Shown piece by piece: positions 36,555 through 46,768 of a stretch of 64,000 nucleotides of DNA; the first letter of the stretch is position 1; each line of letters starts with the position of its first letter. The notes under the pieces were generated by a model. The model was not told the DNA's origin. It did no database searches and was given only the letters and a program-made list of their open reading frames with translations. Location of the stretch: positions 28,908 to 92,907 of the forward strand of contig JBGVBY010000013.1 in assembly GCA_045226015.1 (NCBI GenBank), given 5' to 3'. The position numbers and the translations under genes are program-made. The stretch comes from Bacilli bacterium (GTDB taxonomy: Bacteria > Bacillota_I > Bacilli_A > RFN20 > CAG-826).

Positions 36555-36788
36555 TTATTTGAAAGAATCTTCTAATTCTTTCATACGTTTTCTGTATTCG
36601 TCTTTTGCTTTTTTGGCTTCAACAATCCAATTGTTGACAACTTCAGCAACATTTGCTGGAACCATAGTTGGTTCATCAACAGGAATTGCATAATCAACGC
36701 CATTAACGGTAACAACTTTCATTTGTTCCCATTCGTTTAGAGCATCAGCAGGAATAGTTACGCTAACGTATTTTTCTTTTTCTGCCAT
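36555..36788 (-). CDS. Small capsid-associated protein
   Basis: V.VTIP.....VTVNGVDYAIP...MVP..VAEV motif common downstream of this capsid type. Confidence 0.5.
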   Translation of the reverse strand: MAEKEKYVSVTIPADALNEWEQMKVVTVNGVDYAIPVDEPTMVPANVAEVVNNWIVEAKKAKDEYRKRMKELEDSFK

Positions 36789-36875
36789 TAGTTTTGCCAC
36801 CTTTCTTTTTTAAGGATTGGGGTTGATTAAGGCTCAACCCCTTAAGCCTATTGGAATCAACTTATAGTCCTAAGA

Positions 36876-38126
36876 CTAGTCAGAGACTGCGTTAGCAGCA
36901 ACGAGTGTAACTGCAGAAGCGCTCTTCTTGACTTGGACAAAGATAGTTGCATCTGCTGCTGTACCTTGGACGATATCAACACCAACGAATGATCCAGTTG
37001 TCCAAACTGTTGAAGCTAAGTGGTAACCACTACCTGCTTTAGCAGTGACTTTGAGTAATGCGCCAGGAGCAACATTACCAATCACTTCGATTTCAGCAAT
37101 GTTTGTACCTTTTGTTAAGGTTGGAGTGATTAAACCAGATGCGCTGCGGTAATCAGTTCTTGAAGCATCAGTAACTGGGCTACCAACTGCGGAACCATAA
37201 CACTCATATCTAACGAGAGCTTCGTCTCTTAACACTCTGGTAGCAAAGCCATCGTGTTTCCAAGCGAGAGAGCCACGTTGATTTAATGGGTCACTGGAAC
37301 CTGAGGAACCAGGTGCCTTATAGATGATATCGAATCCGCCAGCGGCATCTTCACCATCAATGGCAACAGCACCAAACGCTTCTTTACCAAATGCTAAGCA
37401 GCAGTGGACGTTTGTGCTTGGGTTTGGACACTCGTTAGAAACGATGAAACGGAATCCGCCATAAGCGCCAATTTCGCCTTTTTCGATTTTAACTGTGTCT
37501 CTGTATTTTTCGATGTCGGTTAAGGATCCACTAGATGTATCACCACGGACATCAGCTTCGATTTCTGGTGGAATTACAAATCTGTAATAACCATCTTCGA
37601 ATGGTTCAACGCCTCTACGTTTGAAGTATGCTTTGATTTGATTCACATCGGAGAGATGGAAATTGTAAGTAGCGCTGGACAAACCTGCTCTGTTTACTGC
37701 ACCATTAGCATATTTAACGTTTAATCCGTTGAAGATTTTTTGGCATAATAAGCCTCTCATTCTATTTCTAGCGTTCTTACCAAGTAATTTGCCAGAGATA
37801 GCGAGTTGCTTATCAAGACCGTATTTAAGCATCTTGTCGGTTAATGGAACAAAGTTACCTTCTTGGTAAGCCTTGACCATGAAATCGACTAAGGAATACT
37901 TAAGACCAGCAGGTGTAACACCTTCAATCAAGTGATCTGTGGTGTCTGGGAGATCTTTATACATTCTCCAAGAGTATTCATCACTTGTTGGGTCGTAATT
38001 AACTTTTTCTGCGTGTTTGAAGAAGACATCTTCTTTTAATTCGTCTAATTCATACATCACAACTTTTTGTGTGAACTCTTTTTGTTCTTGTGAAAGTTCA
38101 CTGGATGTCATTTTGACTTCGTTCAT
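36876..38126 (-). CDS. Major capsid protein, N4-gp56-like family, with C-terminal extra beta domain
   Basis: FFKHAE.......R.Y..L......LIEGVTP.G, GEIG.YGGFRFIVS, G.SDPLNQRGS..WK motifs. Confidence 0.85.
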   Translation of the reverse strand: MNEVKMTSSELSQEQKEFTQKVVMYELDELKEDVFFKHAEKVNYDPTSDEYSWRMYKDLPDTTDHLIEGVTPAGLKYSLVDFMVKAYQEGNFVPLTDKMLKYGLDKQLAISGKLLGKNARNRMRGLLCQKIFNGLNVKYANGAVNRAGLSSATYNFHLSDVNQIKAYFKRRGVEPFEDGYYRFVIPPEIEADVRGDTSSGSLTDIEKYRDTVKIEKGEIGAYGGFRFIVSNECPNPSTNVHCCLAFGKEAFGAVAIDGEDAAGGFDIIYKAPGSSGSSDPLNQRGSLAWKHDGFATRVLRDEALVRYECYGSAVGSPVTDASRTDYRSASGLITPTLTKGTNIAEIEVIGNVAPGALLKVTAKAGSGYHLASTVWTTGSFVGVDIVQGTAADATIFVQVKKSASAVTLVAANAVSD

Positions 38127-38143
38127 GATTTAGTCCTTCTTTC

Positions 38144-38938
38144 TTATGAGATTTTTATTTTCCCTTTGGACACTCCATCATAGTATTGAGCGAATTCTTC
38201 GTTAGTCATCTCTGATATCTTCTTATGAGGAACTTCACGTTCATCATTAGATGCACTACCAGGATTTGAGATTTTTTTAGCAGCTTCTTTCTTACCTTCG
38301 GTTCCTTTTGGATATGCGCTATCAAACTTAGCAATAATTGTCTTTAGAGGAACTGAACCTAGTAAGCCTTCAGCGAACGCTTGGAATTTTGGATCTTTCC
38401 AATATCCCTGCAGCTCTTCCTGTGTATGACCTTCATCAAGATAGTCTTTGACTTCTTGGTCTGCTCTATCACGGTCTTTCTGTTCTTGAGTCTTATTTCT
38501 CTCAAGTTCTTCAACCTTCTTAGCAGCAAGTTCACGTCTTACTTTCTCGATTTCAAGAGGATTTTTTGGGTCTAGTCCACGCGAATTAACTTCGTCTTGG
38601 AGTTCATAGAACTCATAGTCCTCATCGGTCTCTATAGGAGCATTGTCACTATAAGGGTTTTTTCCACCGACAGACTTGATACGAGCACGTTTATAGCCTT
38701 CAGCATCGCCTGCAGCCTTAGCTTTGGCAACGTCACGTTCATGTCTAATTTTAGCGAACTTGGCATCTTCTTCTTTGGACTGAGTCTCGTCAGGTTTATC
38801 TGAGTCTACAACATCAGTTGAAGTGCCTTCAGTTTTGCCCTCTTCTTTAGGTGAATTAGAAGAGTCGACAGTGTCTTCAGCAGGTTTAGAAGTTTCTTCT
38901 TTACCTTCTTCAACAACATTAGTTTCTTTTGTTTCCAT
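38144..38938 (-). CDS. Capsid scaffolding protein
   Basis: Acidic disordered N-terminus, helical core, C-terminal ISEMTNEEFAQY; between portal and capsid. Confidence 0.75.
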   Translation of the reverse strand: METKETNVVEEGKEETSKPAEDTVDSSNSPKEEGKTEGTSTDVVDSDKPDETQSKEEDAKFAKIRHERDVAKAKAAGDAEGYKRARIKSVGGKNPYSDNAPIETDEDYEFYELQDEVNSRGLDPKNPLEIEKVRRELAAKKVEELERNKTQEQKDRDRADQEVKDYLDEGHTQEELQGYWKDPKFQAFAEGLLGSVPLKTIIAKFDSAYPKGTEGKKEAAKKISNPGSASNDEREVPHKKISEMTNEEFAQYYDGVSKGKIKIS

Positions 38939-39044
38939 TTTTGTCCTTTCTAGACCACTACAATGGTAGTGACTCCACATTTACGCTGCGTGGGTGCGAA
39001 TTTTATTAAACTCAATTAGTTCAAGATTTTTGAACAAATGAGGT

Positions 39045-41156
39045 TTAATCCTTTTTAGACATTTCTTCTGCGGAAGGTAGTCCAGAACCACCTTGTCCCT
39101 CTTTGAGACGTTTAATTTCTTCATCTCTATTGGTGACCATTTCTTTAGCGGCTCCCAGAGATTCATTGAAGGATTTACGCATACTTTGATTGACTGCTTC
39201 TTTTTGAGCGGCAAGCGCTTCGAGTTGTTTAACTCTAGATAATGCCATTTGAAGCATTCCGGTCATTTCTTGAATTTGTTGTTTTAATTGGAAATTCTCG
39301 GATTTTCTTTGTTTAGCAATTAAGACACGGATATCTGCTTTCTTGGATTCAGACATGAGTGGATTTAAGTTCAACCACATTTCGAATGAATCTGGAGACA
39401 TCTTTTCATAACCACCATTTAAGAAGAGGTTATTGATTAAGTCAGTGTCGATAATTTCACTGTACTTAGTGCCTTTGCCTGGCTCACAAATGATATCGAA
39501 GATGTGACCTCTAAGTTCTTCTTCAGGATTGATCTTCCTACGTTGAACTTTGGTTGGCTCACCTTTTCTCTTTGCAGCCTCTTTAGCTGGGATTTGAGTA
39601 CCATCCTCAAGAGTAATTGGTTCATCAGAATTTAGAGCTTCTTTATAGGCTTCTTGTTCTTCTTGGTACTCTGCATCAGTTAACTCATATAAGTAGTAAC
39701 TTTCAGGATAGTAGTGTTTGTAGAATTGAAGTCTGATTTCCGCACAGTCGACTAAGAATCTCCAGTAACGGTTTTGTAATACTTCAATACGTTTATTTCT
39801 TTGTTCTTCTAAGATTTGTAACGCATACGCGGTAACATCTTTTAAGTTAGAAGAAGAATCAACGAGTTCATTGGTTCCGGTAATCATCTTTGTAATATCA
39901 ATGATAGATGTCACATAATTCATTACTTGACCATTTAATTGGTTGCCTTCGAGACGCTTGATACCAAAGTTATTTCCTGGAGTGTAATCCACGAAGATTC
40001 CACCAGGTGCTCCAGTCCAAGTTTGTCCGTTAGCAGCGCCTTCTTTCATAATAATGGTTGCCCAAGCTGTATCTTGAATCTCTTTAGCGACCATTGAGAT
40101 TATGAAGTTGATAATCTTTTGATTATCTTGGATGTTTTCAATCACTGAACGCCCATATAAGCACTTTCTACGAGGAATGAGAGATAACGCGGCAATTGGA
40201 TATAAAGAGAATTTCTCTTTTTCTTCAGTGTGTTTCTCTTCGCTTGAATCTTCTAAGTCTTCATCTTGGAAGGTTGGAACTTCAGGATCGAGTTCGTATA
40301 TTTCAATATCATCAGGTGAATATCCATTTTTCTCGGCTTCATCTTTGATTTTGAGTTTCTTTTCAGTAAGGTTTGGATTTAATGAAATTGGATCACAGAG
40401 TTGAACAGTTCTAGTTGAACGAGTCCAATAGACTTCTCCTTCGATTCTAAAGAAACGAGTAAGAACGGAACAAAGTCCGCTATCCATTAAATCTTTATCT
40501 GTATCATATTTTTCTTTATTAGATGTATAGTCGTCAGGAACGATGAGAGAGATGATTTTGTCATAATCTTTCATGTTTTTAGATACTGTTGCTCTAACAG
40601 CCTTGACTTCCATTCTCTTTTCAAAACCAACCCATTTTTGTTTTTGAATAGAGTCTAATCTAGGATTAGCACATCTAAAATCTTCTAAAGCGATAACATC
40701 TAGTGCCATTGAGCCTTTTTGTTTGCCTCTAATAGTGGTGACGTCATCACTCCAGTAGTGGTATAAAAAGCCAGTTGCACCAACCAGTGAATCTCTAACA
40801 ACGTCATCGCAGTATTGATTCATCTTGATAGATTTTTGTACATATTCATCAAATTTCTTTAATCCATCAGTTGACATATTTTTGTCAAAACAAGTGAAAT
40901 TCAATGTGACTGTGGTGCCTAAGATGGTCGCGTGTTGAGAATCAACAACCCAACCACAAATGTTTTCTGTTGCGCGCGGCATATCATCATCAAAATTTTG
41001 AGTTTGACGACCTTCGTACATCGCCCACCATTCAGGGATACAGGCTGAAAAACCTTTGTTCTCCATGTAGTTTTGATGTTTTTCAAAAAGAATCGCATCA
41101 ATCGATTTTTGATTTTCAATACTCTTAGTTGGAACTGGTTTTTTAGTATTGCTCAT
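39045..41156 (-). CDS. Portal protein (podoviral type)
   Basis: 703 aa, WWAMYEGRQ, between terminase and scaffold, C-terminal coiled coil. Confidence 0.8.
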   Translation of the reverse strand: MSNTKKPVPTKSIENQKSIDAILFEKHQNYMENKGFSACIPEWWAMYEGRQTQNFDDDMPRATENICGWVVDSQHATILGTTVTLNFTCFDKNMSTDGLKKFDEYVQKSIKMNQYCDDVVRDSLVGATGFLYHYWSDDVTTIRGKQKGSMALDVIALEDFRCANPRLDSIQKQKWVGFEKRMEVKAVRATVSKNMKDYDKIISLIVPDDYTSNKEKYDTDKDLMDSGLCSVLTRFFRIEGEVYWTRSTRTVQLCDPISLNPNLTEKKLKIKDEAEKNGYSPDDIEIYELDPEVPTFQDEDLEDSSEEKHTEEKEKFSLYPIAALSLIPRRKCLYGRSVIENIQDNQKIINFIISMVAKEIQDTAWATIIMKEGAANGQTWTGAPGGIFVDYTPGNNFGIKRLEGNQLNGQVMNYVTSIIDITKMITGTNELVDSSSNLKDVTAYALQILEEQRNKRIEVLQNRYWRFLVDCAEIRLQFYKHYYPESYYLYELTDAEYQEEQEAYKEALNSDEPITLEDGTQIPAKEAAKRKGEPTKVQRRKINPEEELRGHIFDIICEPGKGTKYSEIIDTDLINNLFLNGGYEKMSPDSFEMWLNLNPLMSESKKADIRVLIAKQRKSENFQLKQQIQEMTGMLQMALSRVKQLEALAAQKEAVNQSMRKSFNESLGAAKEMVTNRDEEIKRLKEGQGGSGLPSAEEMSKKD

Positions 41157-41475
41157 TTATGTGACTCCCTTGGAAAAGATACGCTTCCATATTCTTTTTG
41201 ACGTTGGTCTGATTTTTAACCACTTCGTTATGGATATTGACCGCAATTTGATTAAGTTCTTTCTTAATTTCTTTGCGCATTTCTTCCTTAAATCCTTCAA
41301 ACGAAGCTTTTAAGTCGGAAATTTCTGATTTTAATTCAGCATTTTCGCTCTTTAAGTTGTCAAAAATGCCTTGAATTTCATCTATTTTTAGTCCAGCAAG
41401 TTCGCACATATGGAAAAATTCATTTAATTTTTTCTCATCTTTTCGCGAAATTACGATATGATTGACTTTTTCCAT
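41143..41475 (-). CDS. Hypothetical coiled-coil protein
   Basis: 110 aa, overlaps flanking genes in operon. Confidence 0.55.
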   Translation of the reverse strand: MEKVNHIVISRKDEKKLNEFFHMCELAGLKIDEIQGIFDNLKSENAELKSEISDLKASFEGFKEEMRKEIKKELNQIAVNIHNEVVKNQTNVKKNMEAYLFQGSHINEQY

Positions 41476-43238
41476 AAGCTTCCTTTCTTCTGAACTGGTT
41501 TATCAGTTCTAAGTTGCCAAGGCAATTCTGCTTGTTTAGCAACTTCTCTATTAACAGAGGTTGTTTGCTGATTAGTAGCGGCAGCAGTGTGAGCCATTGC
41601 AAGCGCCATAACCTTATCATCGTGGCACCCTTGAATCGCACCCATTATGTAGTGTCCGGTTTTTCCTATATCAAGAACCACATAAGTGAGCATTTCTTGA
41701 AGAGTTCCTTTATCAACAATTTCTTCCGGTTTTTCCCTAAACAAAGCCTTTACGCCGTTGATCATATCTTCTTTGTTAGAGCCTTGAGTGGAAATACCAT
41801 ACTTAGTAAGGACATCTTCTTCATATCCTTGTTGGTCTTGACCAACGAAGATTTTTCTATACCCACATTTAGCAAGTGTTTTGTTAGTGGATTGTCCACG
41901 GTTGTTTTCAACCGCTATTAACGCTGTGTTGTAGTAAGTCCCTAAGCAGTACATATAGAGCCCAAGTTCATCAGGATCCATATTTTGCTTAGAGAACACT
42001 GCAACTTGTTTTCGGCATTTTCCGTCATGTCTAATAACTTGCCCACAGTTACTGTCTTCTCCGTGAATGCTTGAAGGGTCGACTCCAAGCACATATGGAT
42101 ATCCAGGGAATGGCTCTTCATAGATAATGACGTCTCCGCCTGGGTCACTGATGAATTTAATATCACTAACCGTTATTCTCCTGTTATCAGGACTAACAAC
42201 CGATTTATATTCAAAGTGACCACGCTTTTTGTAAGTCTCTCTTTCGACTTCTTCAATCCTCTTTTGGACTTTCATCGCATTGAAGACCGAATATCCAGTA
42301 GTGAGGAACGCCTCATCTGGATAGGTAGGATTTTCTTGATGGAACATCTCTAAACCCATTGAATCAATTTGTGCTCTTCTCCACATTAGTCCTTCTACGG
42401 TCATTCCATCCGCCTCGTACTCTTTGAGTAAGGCTACTTCATCACCATAATCACCGAATCTTTGTAATTCTTCCCCGTGATATGGCATCTTATACTTATC
42501 ATTTCGATACCACGGCTCAAACCAGCCTTTTAGAGAAGAACTCTTACCGCTATAAGCGTTAATAAACAAATCTCGGTAGAAGTTCATACCTTTTGCGGTG
42601 CTTTCGATAAAAAGCATCGCATCCGGAGAGAGAGGAACAGCGGAGTTCAAAGACGCCATCGCCTCTTGTTGCTTTTTCCACATTGCGAACTCAGATGCAT
42701 GCGCCGCCCTGAGAGTGGCACCTCTAGCTAAGTCATCACTAACCGTTTCGACAGAAACCGTCGATTCATTAGTAGTGGAGAGCATATTGCCTTTACGTCC
42801 AACCGCTTGAGTTGGTTTTATCTCATCTGGAAGATGATCATAGAACCTTTGATACATTTCGAAGATTCTCTTCGTGTGATCATCCTTATCCGAGATAACT
42901 AGCGATTCTCTATAAGGACTATAAATAGTCATTGTGAAGATAATCGCGGCAATAAGGGTTGAAAACCCGATTTGTCTAGCTTTCAGCACTATGTACCTAA
43001 TTGGTCGATAATGCTTCCAGTCATCCTCTATTTGAAGATAAAACTTCAATTGCTGAGGATTCAGATGGAATTTTATAAGTGGTGTGTCCTCAATTTCTCC
43101 ATCTAGGATCTCCGTCATCAAATTTTTTGGCTTTGGTCTGATGTAGAGAAAGTTCTCTATAAAATCGAGGACTCTAATTTCGTGTGGCTTGCCTAACGAG
43201 TCAGGCACCATCACCGAGAAATTTCTACTCTTTTCCAT
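41451..43238 (-). CDS. terL: Terminase large subunit
   Basis: Walker A VLKARQIGFST, Walker B AAHASEFA, FIESTAKG, nuclease YVLGVDP and HDDKVMALAMA. Confidence 0.95.
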   Translation of the reverse strand: MEKSRNFSVMVPDSLGKPHEIRVLDFIENFLYIRPKPKNLMTEILDGEIEDTPLIKFHLNPQQLKFYLQIEDDWKHYRPIRYIVLKARQIGFSTLIAAIIFTMTIYSPYRESLVISDKDDHTKRIFEMYQRFYDHLPDEIKPTQAVGRKGNMLSTTNESTVSVETVSDDLARGATLRAAHASEFAMWKKQQEAMASLNSAVPLSPDAMLFIESTAKGMNFYRDLFINAYSGKSSSLKGWFEPWYRNDKYKMPYHGEELQRFGDYGDEVALLKEYEADGMTVEGLMWRRAQIDSMGLEMFHQENPTYPDEAFLTTGYSVFNAMKVQKRIEEVERETYKKRGHFEYKSVVSPDNRRITVSDIKFISDPGGDVIIYEEPFPGYPYVLGVDPSSIHGEDSNCGQVIRHDGKCRKQVAVFSKQNMDPDELGLYMYCLGTYYNTALIAVENNRGQSTNKTLAKCGYRKIFVGQDQQGYEEDVLTKYGISTQGSNKEDMINGVKALFREKPEEIVDKGTLQEMLTYVVLDIGKTGHYIMGAIQGCHDDKVMALAMAHTAAATNQQTTSVNREVAKQAELPWQLRTDKPVQKKGSLWKKSIIS

Positions 43239-43587
43239 CTTCCGGCTTTATAGAAAGAGACTCGAGGAACTTGTCGATAGGTTTACCGCCAGATTTCACA
43301 TCAATTTCTTTAGGTGCCGCTAATCCTGCCAACTCATACAACGCTTTCGTATTTTGAGGAGAAGGATTCGCCATAACATAAGCCGCAGTCTTCATATCAA
43401 TAATGTCCTTCGCCGAAAGCTCAAGCCCATCCTCAGTGTGGAACGTCCCAGTTAGTAATTTCGCTAACCCAGTACGCGCCGCCTCTGGATCATACTTCGA
43501 ATTCTTCGACTTAGAAGCATTAAGAAAAACCTGCTTCTCAGATTCAGGCATCAAATCAATAAAGATGTTATCCGCAGTTCTTTTCAT
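43225..43587 (-). CDS. Probable terminase small subunit
   Basis: 120-aa ORF directly upstream of and overlapping terL. Confidence 0.55.
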   Translation of the reverse strand: MKRTADNIFIDLMPESEKQVFLNASKSKNSKYDPEAARTGLAKLLTGTFHTEDGLELSAKDIIDMKTAAYVMANPSPQNTKALYELAGLAAPKEIDVKSGGKPIDKFLESLSIKPEDGKE

Positions 43588-44485
43588 ACACGTCCTCACC
43601 AATAAAATACACAGGTGTATAGAAAACTAATCTACCGAAACCATACTTAATCTACCTATCTAATACCAAAAACCAATGAAACAGGTTGTTTTTTCCAAAA
43701 TTTTATTTTCACGAAAACACTTTTGACACACTCACACACCCCTGAAATATATAGAAAAAGGAATCCCGTGAGCGAAAAAGAATGAAATGAAACCCTGCGA
43801 AAAGGGTCTAAAAACTGGGATGAGGGGGAATGAGCCGTGATTATATATACACGCACCCCTGGGTAAAAAGGGGTCTAGGGAGGGGGTACTTTGCCACTAG
43901 CATTCACAACAAATAGGTAGTCCTAAAGGACTAAAACCCCTGTTAATAGTTTCTACAAACTGCTCCAATCTTGCTCTTACCTTATAGGTAAATATATCAC
44001 TCTTTGTTGCTCATTTCTTGCTTGTGAGACTGTTATAGCTGCTGCTTTGGGGTTGAGATAACGATCTTGATTGTTTGAAACGCTGTGAAAAATGGGGTCA
44101 CATACTTAAGTGCATTATGCTTAAATATGATGCGCTTTTCACCCCATTTCGCTCTCTCTTGGTGTTTTCTTGGATTTCTTGCTACTAGTTGCCACTCTCT
44201 TGGTATATATAACATTCAAATCAATTAAACATTTTATGTTTATTCCAAAGAATAAGACACTTACCTACTAATACGTAGACGACATGCTTGAGCACGCAGG
44301 AAAAAAGGTCGGTGTCAACAACTTTCTTAATTGCCCTGATAACAATTTATTTAAGCATCAAAGATGCTGAAAAAAATTATTATGCTTTAATGTGCTTAAG
44401 CAGGAAGAAAGGCGTAATGCACGATTTTTTCGCTGTACATTGTAGGTGTCGAAACGGGGCAGAACCCCAAAGGAGAAAACCGACA

Positions 44486-45697
44486 ATGAAAAATTACGTA
44501 GTAATTGCAACGCTAGACGAAGACATGAATGTCTTTGCAACATTCCACAACACCAGCACTATGGATGTCCTAACAAAGTTAGGTTTCGCTGGTAATTTAT
44601 CAACAGCCACATTGTGGGATGGAACATCCCCAATGGCATATGGCACTCTCTACTATATAGAGAGCGATGTCGAAAGCGACCTTGAAACCACAATGAGAAC
44701 CCTTGGGTTCCGTAGATGTGATGCTTGCGGTGCTTGGGTCACACCACAAGACAAACGTACTGGAGCAAGCACTTGGGATGGTCGCATTAGACTTTGCCCA
44801 ACTTGCTTAGCAAGAGAAGAGCAAAACGCCAACAATTCTAAAAGAATTACCTTAGGTTCCTACCACTCAACACGTTCATTCAAAGTCTGGAACGAAGATG
44901 GCACATTAAGTGACATCTTAGCTGATGGACAATACCTTGGTATTGAAATGGAAGTCAACGGAAGAGATGTGTCTATTAGAAATAGACAATTCAAGGCAAC
45001 CGACGAGTTCTACGCTATAGCAAACCCTCGCTCACGTAAACAAGTGTTTCACTGCGAAGAAGATTGCACGGTGAAAGCAGAGTTCATTAGCAACTGTTTC
45101 ACTAAAAACTCTTTCAGAGCTTTTAACTGGGACATTTTAACCGAACAAACCAAAAAGATGGGCAACGATGAAAAATACCCAACCGTAGGTTTCCACATCC
45201 ACCTTTCCAAGACACTTCTTGGAACAGACCAAAGAGAACAAGCACTCAATTTCTTGAAATTGCAATACGTTCTCAACAAATACGAGAGTGACTTTTTCAA
45301 AGTCAGTGGTCGTAATTCTCGTAGCGAAATGAGTTATTGTGGGTTCTGGTCTTTAGACCAAATCGAAACACTCAAGAACCGTGTGTTAGCGAGCGATTCC
45401 GATGCCTGGTATTGCATGCCAAGTTCTCACAGCTACGCTCTCATTAGTTCAGGTCGCACCATTGAATTGAGAATTTGCCATTCTACGAATGACAGCGAAA
45501 GAATTAGACACACTTTAGAACTCGTTTGGAACTTAGTCGAGAACATTAAAAATGTTCGTTGGGAAAAATTATGGTGCTTAAGCCGTTTATTCAAACTAGT
45601 TCCTAGTGAAACTATGAACTACTGGAGAAATAAGGGTGCCTTCCTTAACACAATGGCAGCCGATACTCGCGGAATGAGTATCCAGGCTTCCTGCTAG
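44486..45697 (+). CDS. Putative amidoligase (COOH-NH2 ligase type 2) with Zn ribbon
   Basis: CDACG..CPTC, YLGIEMEV, EEDCTV..EFIS, TVGFHIHLS, TIELRI motifs; start refined to ATG 44486 behind AAGGAG. Confidence 0.75.
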   Translation: MKNYVVIATLDEDMNVFATFHNTSTMDVLTKLGFAGNLSTATLWDGTSPMAYGTLYYIESDVESDLETTMRTLGFRRCDACGAWVTPQDKRTGASTWDGRIRLCPTCLAREEQNANNSKRITLGSYHSTRSFKVWNEDGTLSDILADGQYLGIEMEVNGRDVSIRNRQFKATDEFYAIANPRSRKQVFHCEEDCTVKAEFISNCFTKNSFRAFNWDILTEQTKKMGNDEKYPTVGFHIHLSKTLLGTDQREQALNFLKLQYVLNKYESDFFKVSGRNSRSEMSYCGFWSLDQIETLKNRVLASDSDAWYCMPSSHSYALISSGRTIELRICHSTNDSERIRHTLELVWNLVENIKNVRWEKLWCLSRLFKLVPSETMNYWRNKGAFLNTMAADTRGMSIQASC

Positions 45698-45728
45698 AGC
45701 ACTCAAGCACGATCGGAGGTATATGACA

Positions 45729-46412
45729 ATGTGTATCGCAGTATTCAAACCAGCAGGGCAAAAAGCCCCAAGTTGGGAAACTCTTAAGCAATGCTTTAAG
45801 AGAAATCCAGATGGCGCAGGATTTATGGTCGCTATCAACGACATAGTCGTTATCCGCAAAGGATTTATGCACTACAAAGATTTCGAGAAAGCTTATAAAA
45901 GCTTCTTCAACGGTCTTCAAGACAAAGACTATTCTATAGTCTATCACTTCAGAATTGGCACTCAAGGTGGCAACGTTCCAGAACTCACTCACCCATATCC
46001 ACTCACTCGTGATTATGCAGAAATGCGTAAACTCGAAAGCGAATGCGAAATAGGTGTAGCACACAATGGGATAATATCCCTGACAAGTGACCACCGTGTG
46101 ACATCACGAAATGACAGTATGACATTTATCAGCGAATATCTTGTAGATATTATCCACGGAAATCATTATTGGTCTAAGAAACCTGAAAAAGTACGCTTAG
46201 TCAATAGACTACTTGGCAACGGATATCCAAACAAACTTGCTGTTTTATCCAAAACTGGTTTCTGTGCCTTAATAGGCAACTGGATTAAAGACAACGGCAT
46301 CTATTACTCGAATACGAGTTATGTGATACCTGATACACCTAAACGCTCAAGCACTCACAAAGTATCCACGATGACACTTGAGCAAATGACACTCTTGGGT
46401 ATGTTCGAATAG
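45729..46412 (+). CDS. Class II (Ntn) glutamine amidotransferase
   Basis: Met-Cys start with GGAGGT at 8 nt; NPDGAG, HFRIGTQG, THPY, AHNGI, DS motifs. Confidence 0.85.
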   Translation: MCIAVFKPAGQKAPSWETLKQCFKRNPDGAGFMVAINDIVVIRKGFMHYKDFEKAYKSFFNGLQDKDYSIVYHFRIGTQGGNVPELTHPYPLTRDYAEMRKLESECEIGVAHNGIISLTSDHRVTSRNDSMTFISEYLVDIIHGNHYWSKKPEKVRLVNRLLGNGYPNKLAVLSKTGFCALIGNWIKDNGIYYSNTSYVIPDTPKRSSTHKVSTMTLEQMTLLGMFE

Positions 46413-46459
46413 GGCATACCTGAAAAAGAAAAATTAAATAAAAAGAAATGGAGATAATT

Positions 46460-46756
46460 ATGAATTACACAGAAACACTTGCTTTAGCAAAAGCACAAAA
46501 CATTGATATCAGCAAACTCGCAATCGCATACGAAGTCGAGTGCTGTTACGCAGAAGGTGTTAAAACACCTAGGTTCGAAGACATCTGCAACGCAGTTTAT
46601 AACCTATGGTTAAAGACTGAACATATAGAAATCAACACTTTAGTGTTAGCACTTAAAGATGGTATCGAAAATCAAGGTTGCACATTAGATGATGTGCTCG
46701 CATATGGCGAGAGTTGGGACATGGTCATAGACCTCGCTTGCCAATGCACATACTAG
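46460..46756 (+). CDS. Small acidic hypothetical protein
   Basis: Own RBS; cassette gene. Confidence 0.6.
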   Translation: MNYTETLALAKAQNIDISKLAIAYEVECCYAEGVKTPRFEDICNAVYNLWLKTEHIEINTLVLALKDGIENQGCTLDDVLAYGESWDMVIDLACQCTY

Positions 46757-46768
46757 GAGGAACTCAAC

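Noticed and set aside
44288-44485. N-terminal extension of the amidoligase ORF
   Set aside because: Starts at TTG without an RBS; a strong AAGGAG precedes ATG 44486
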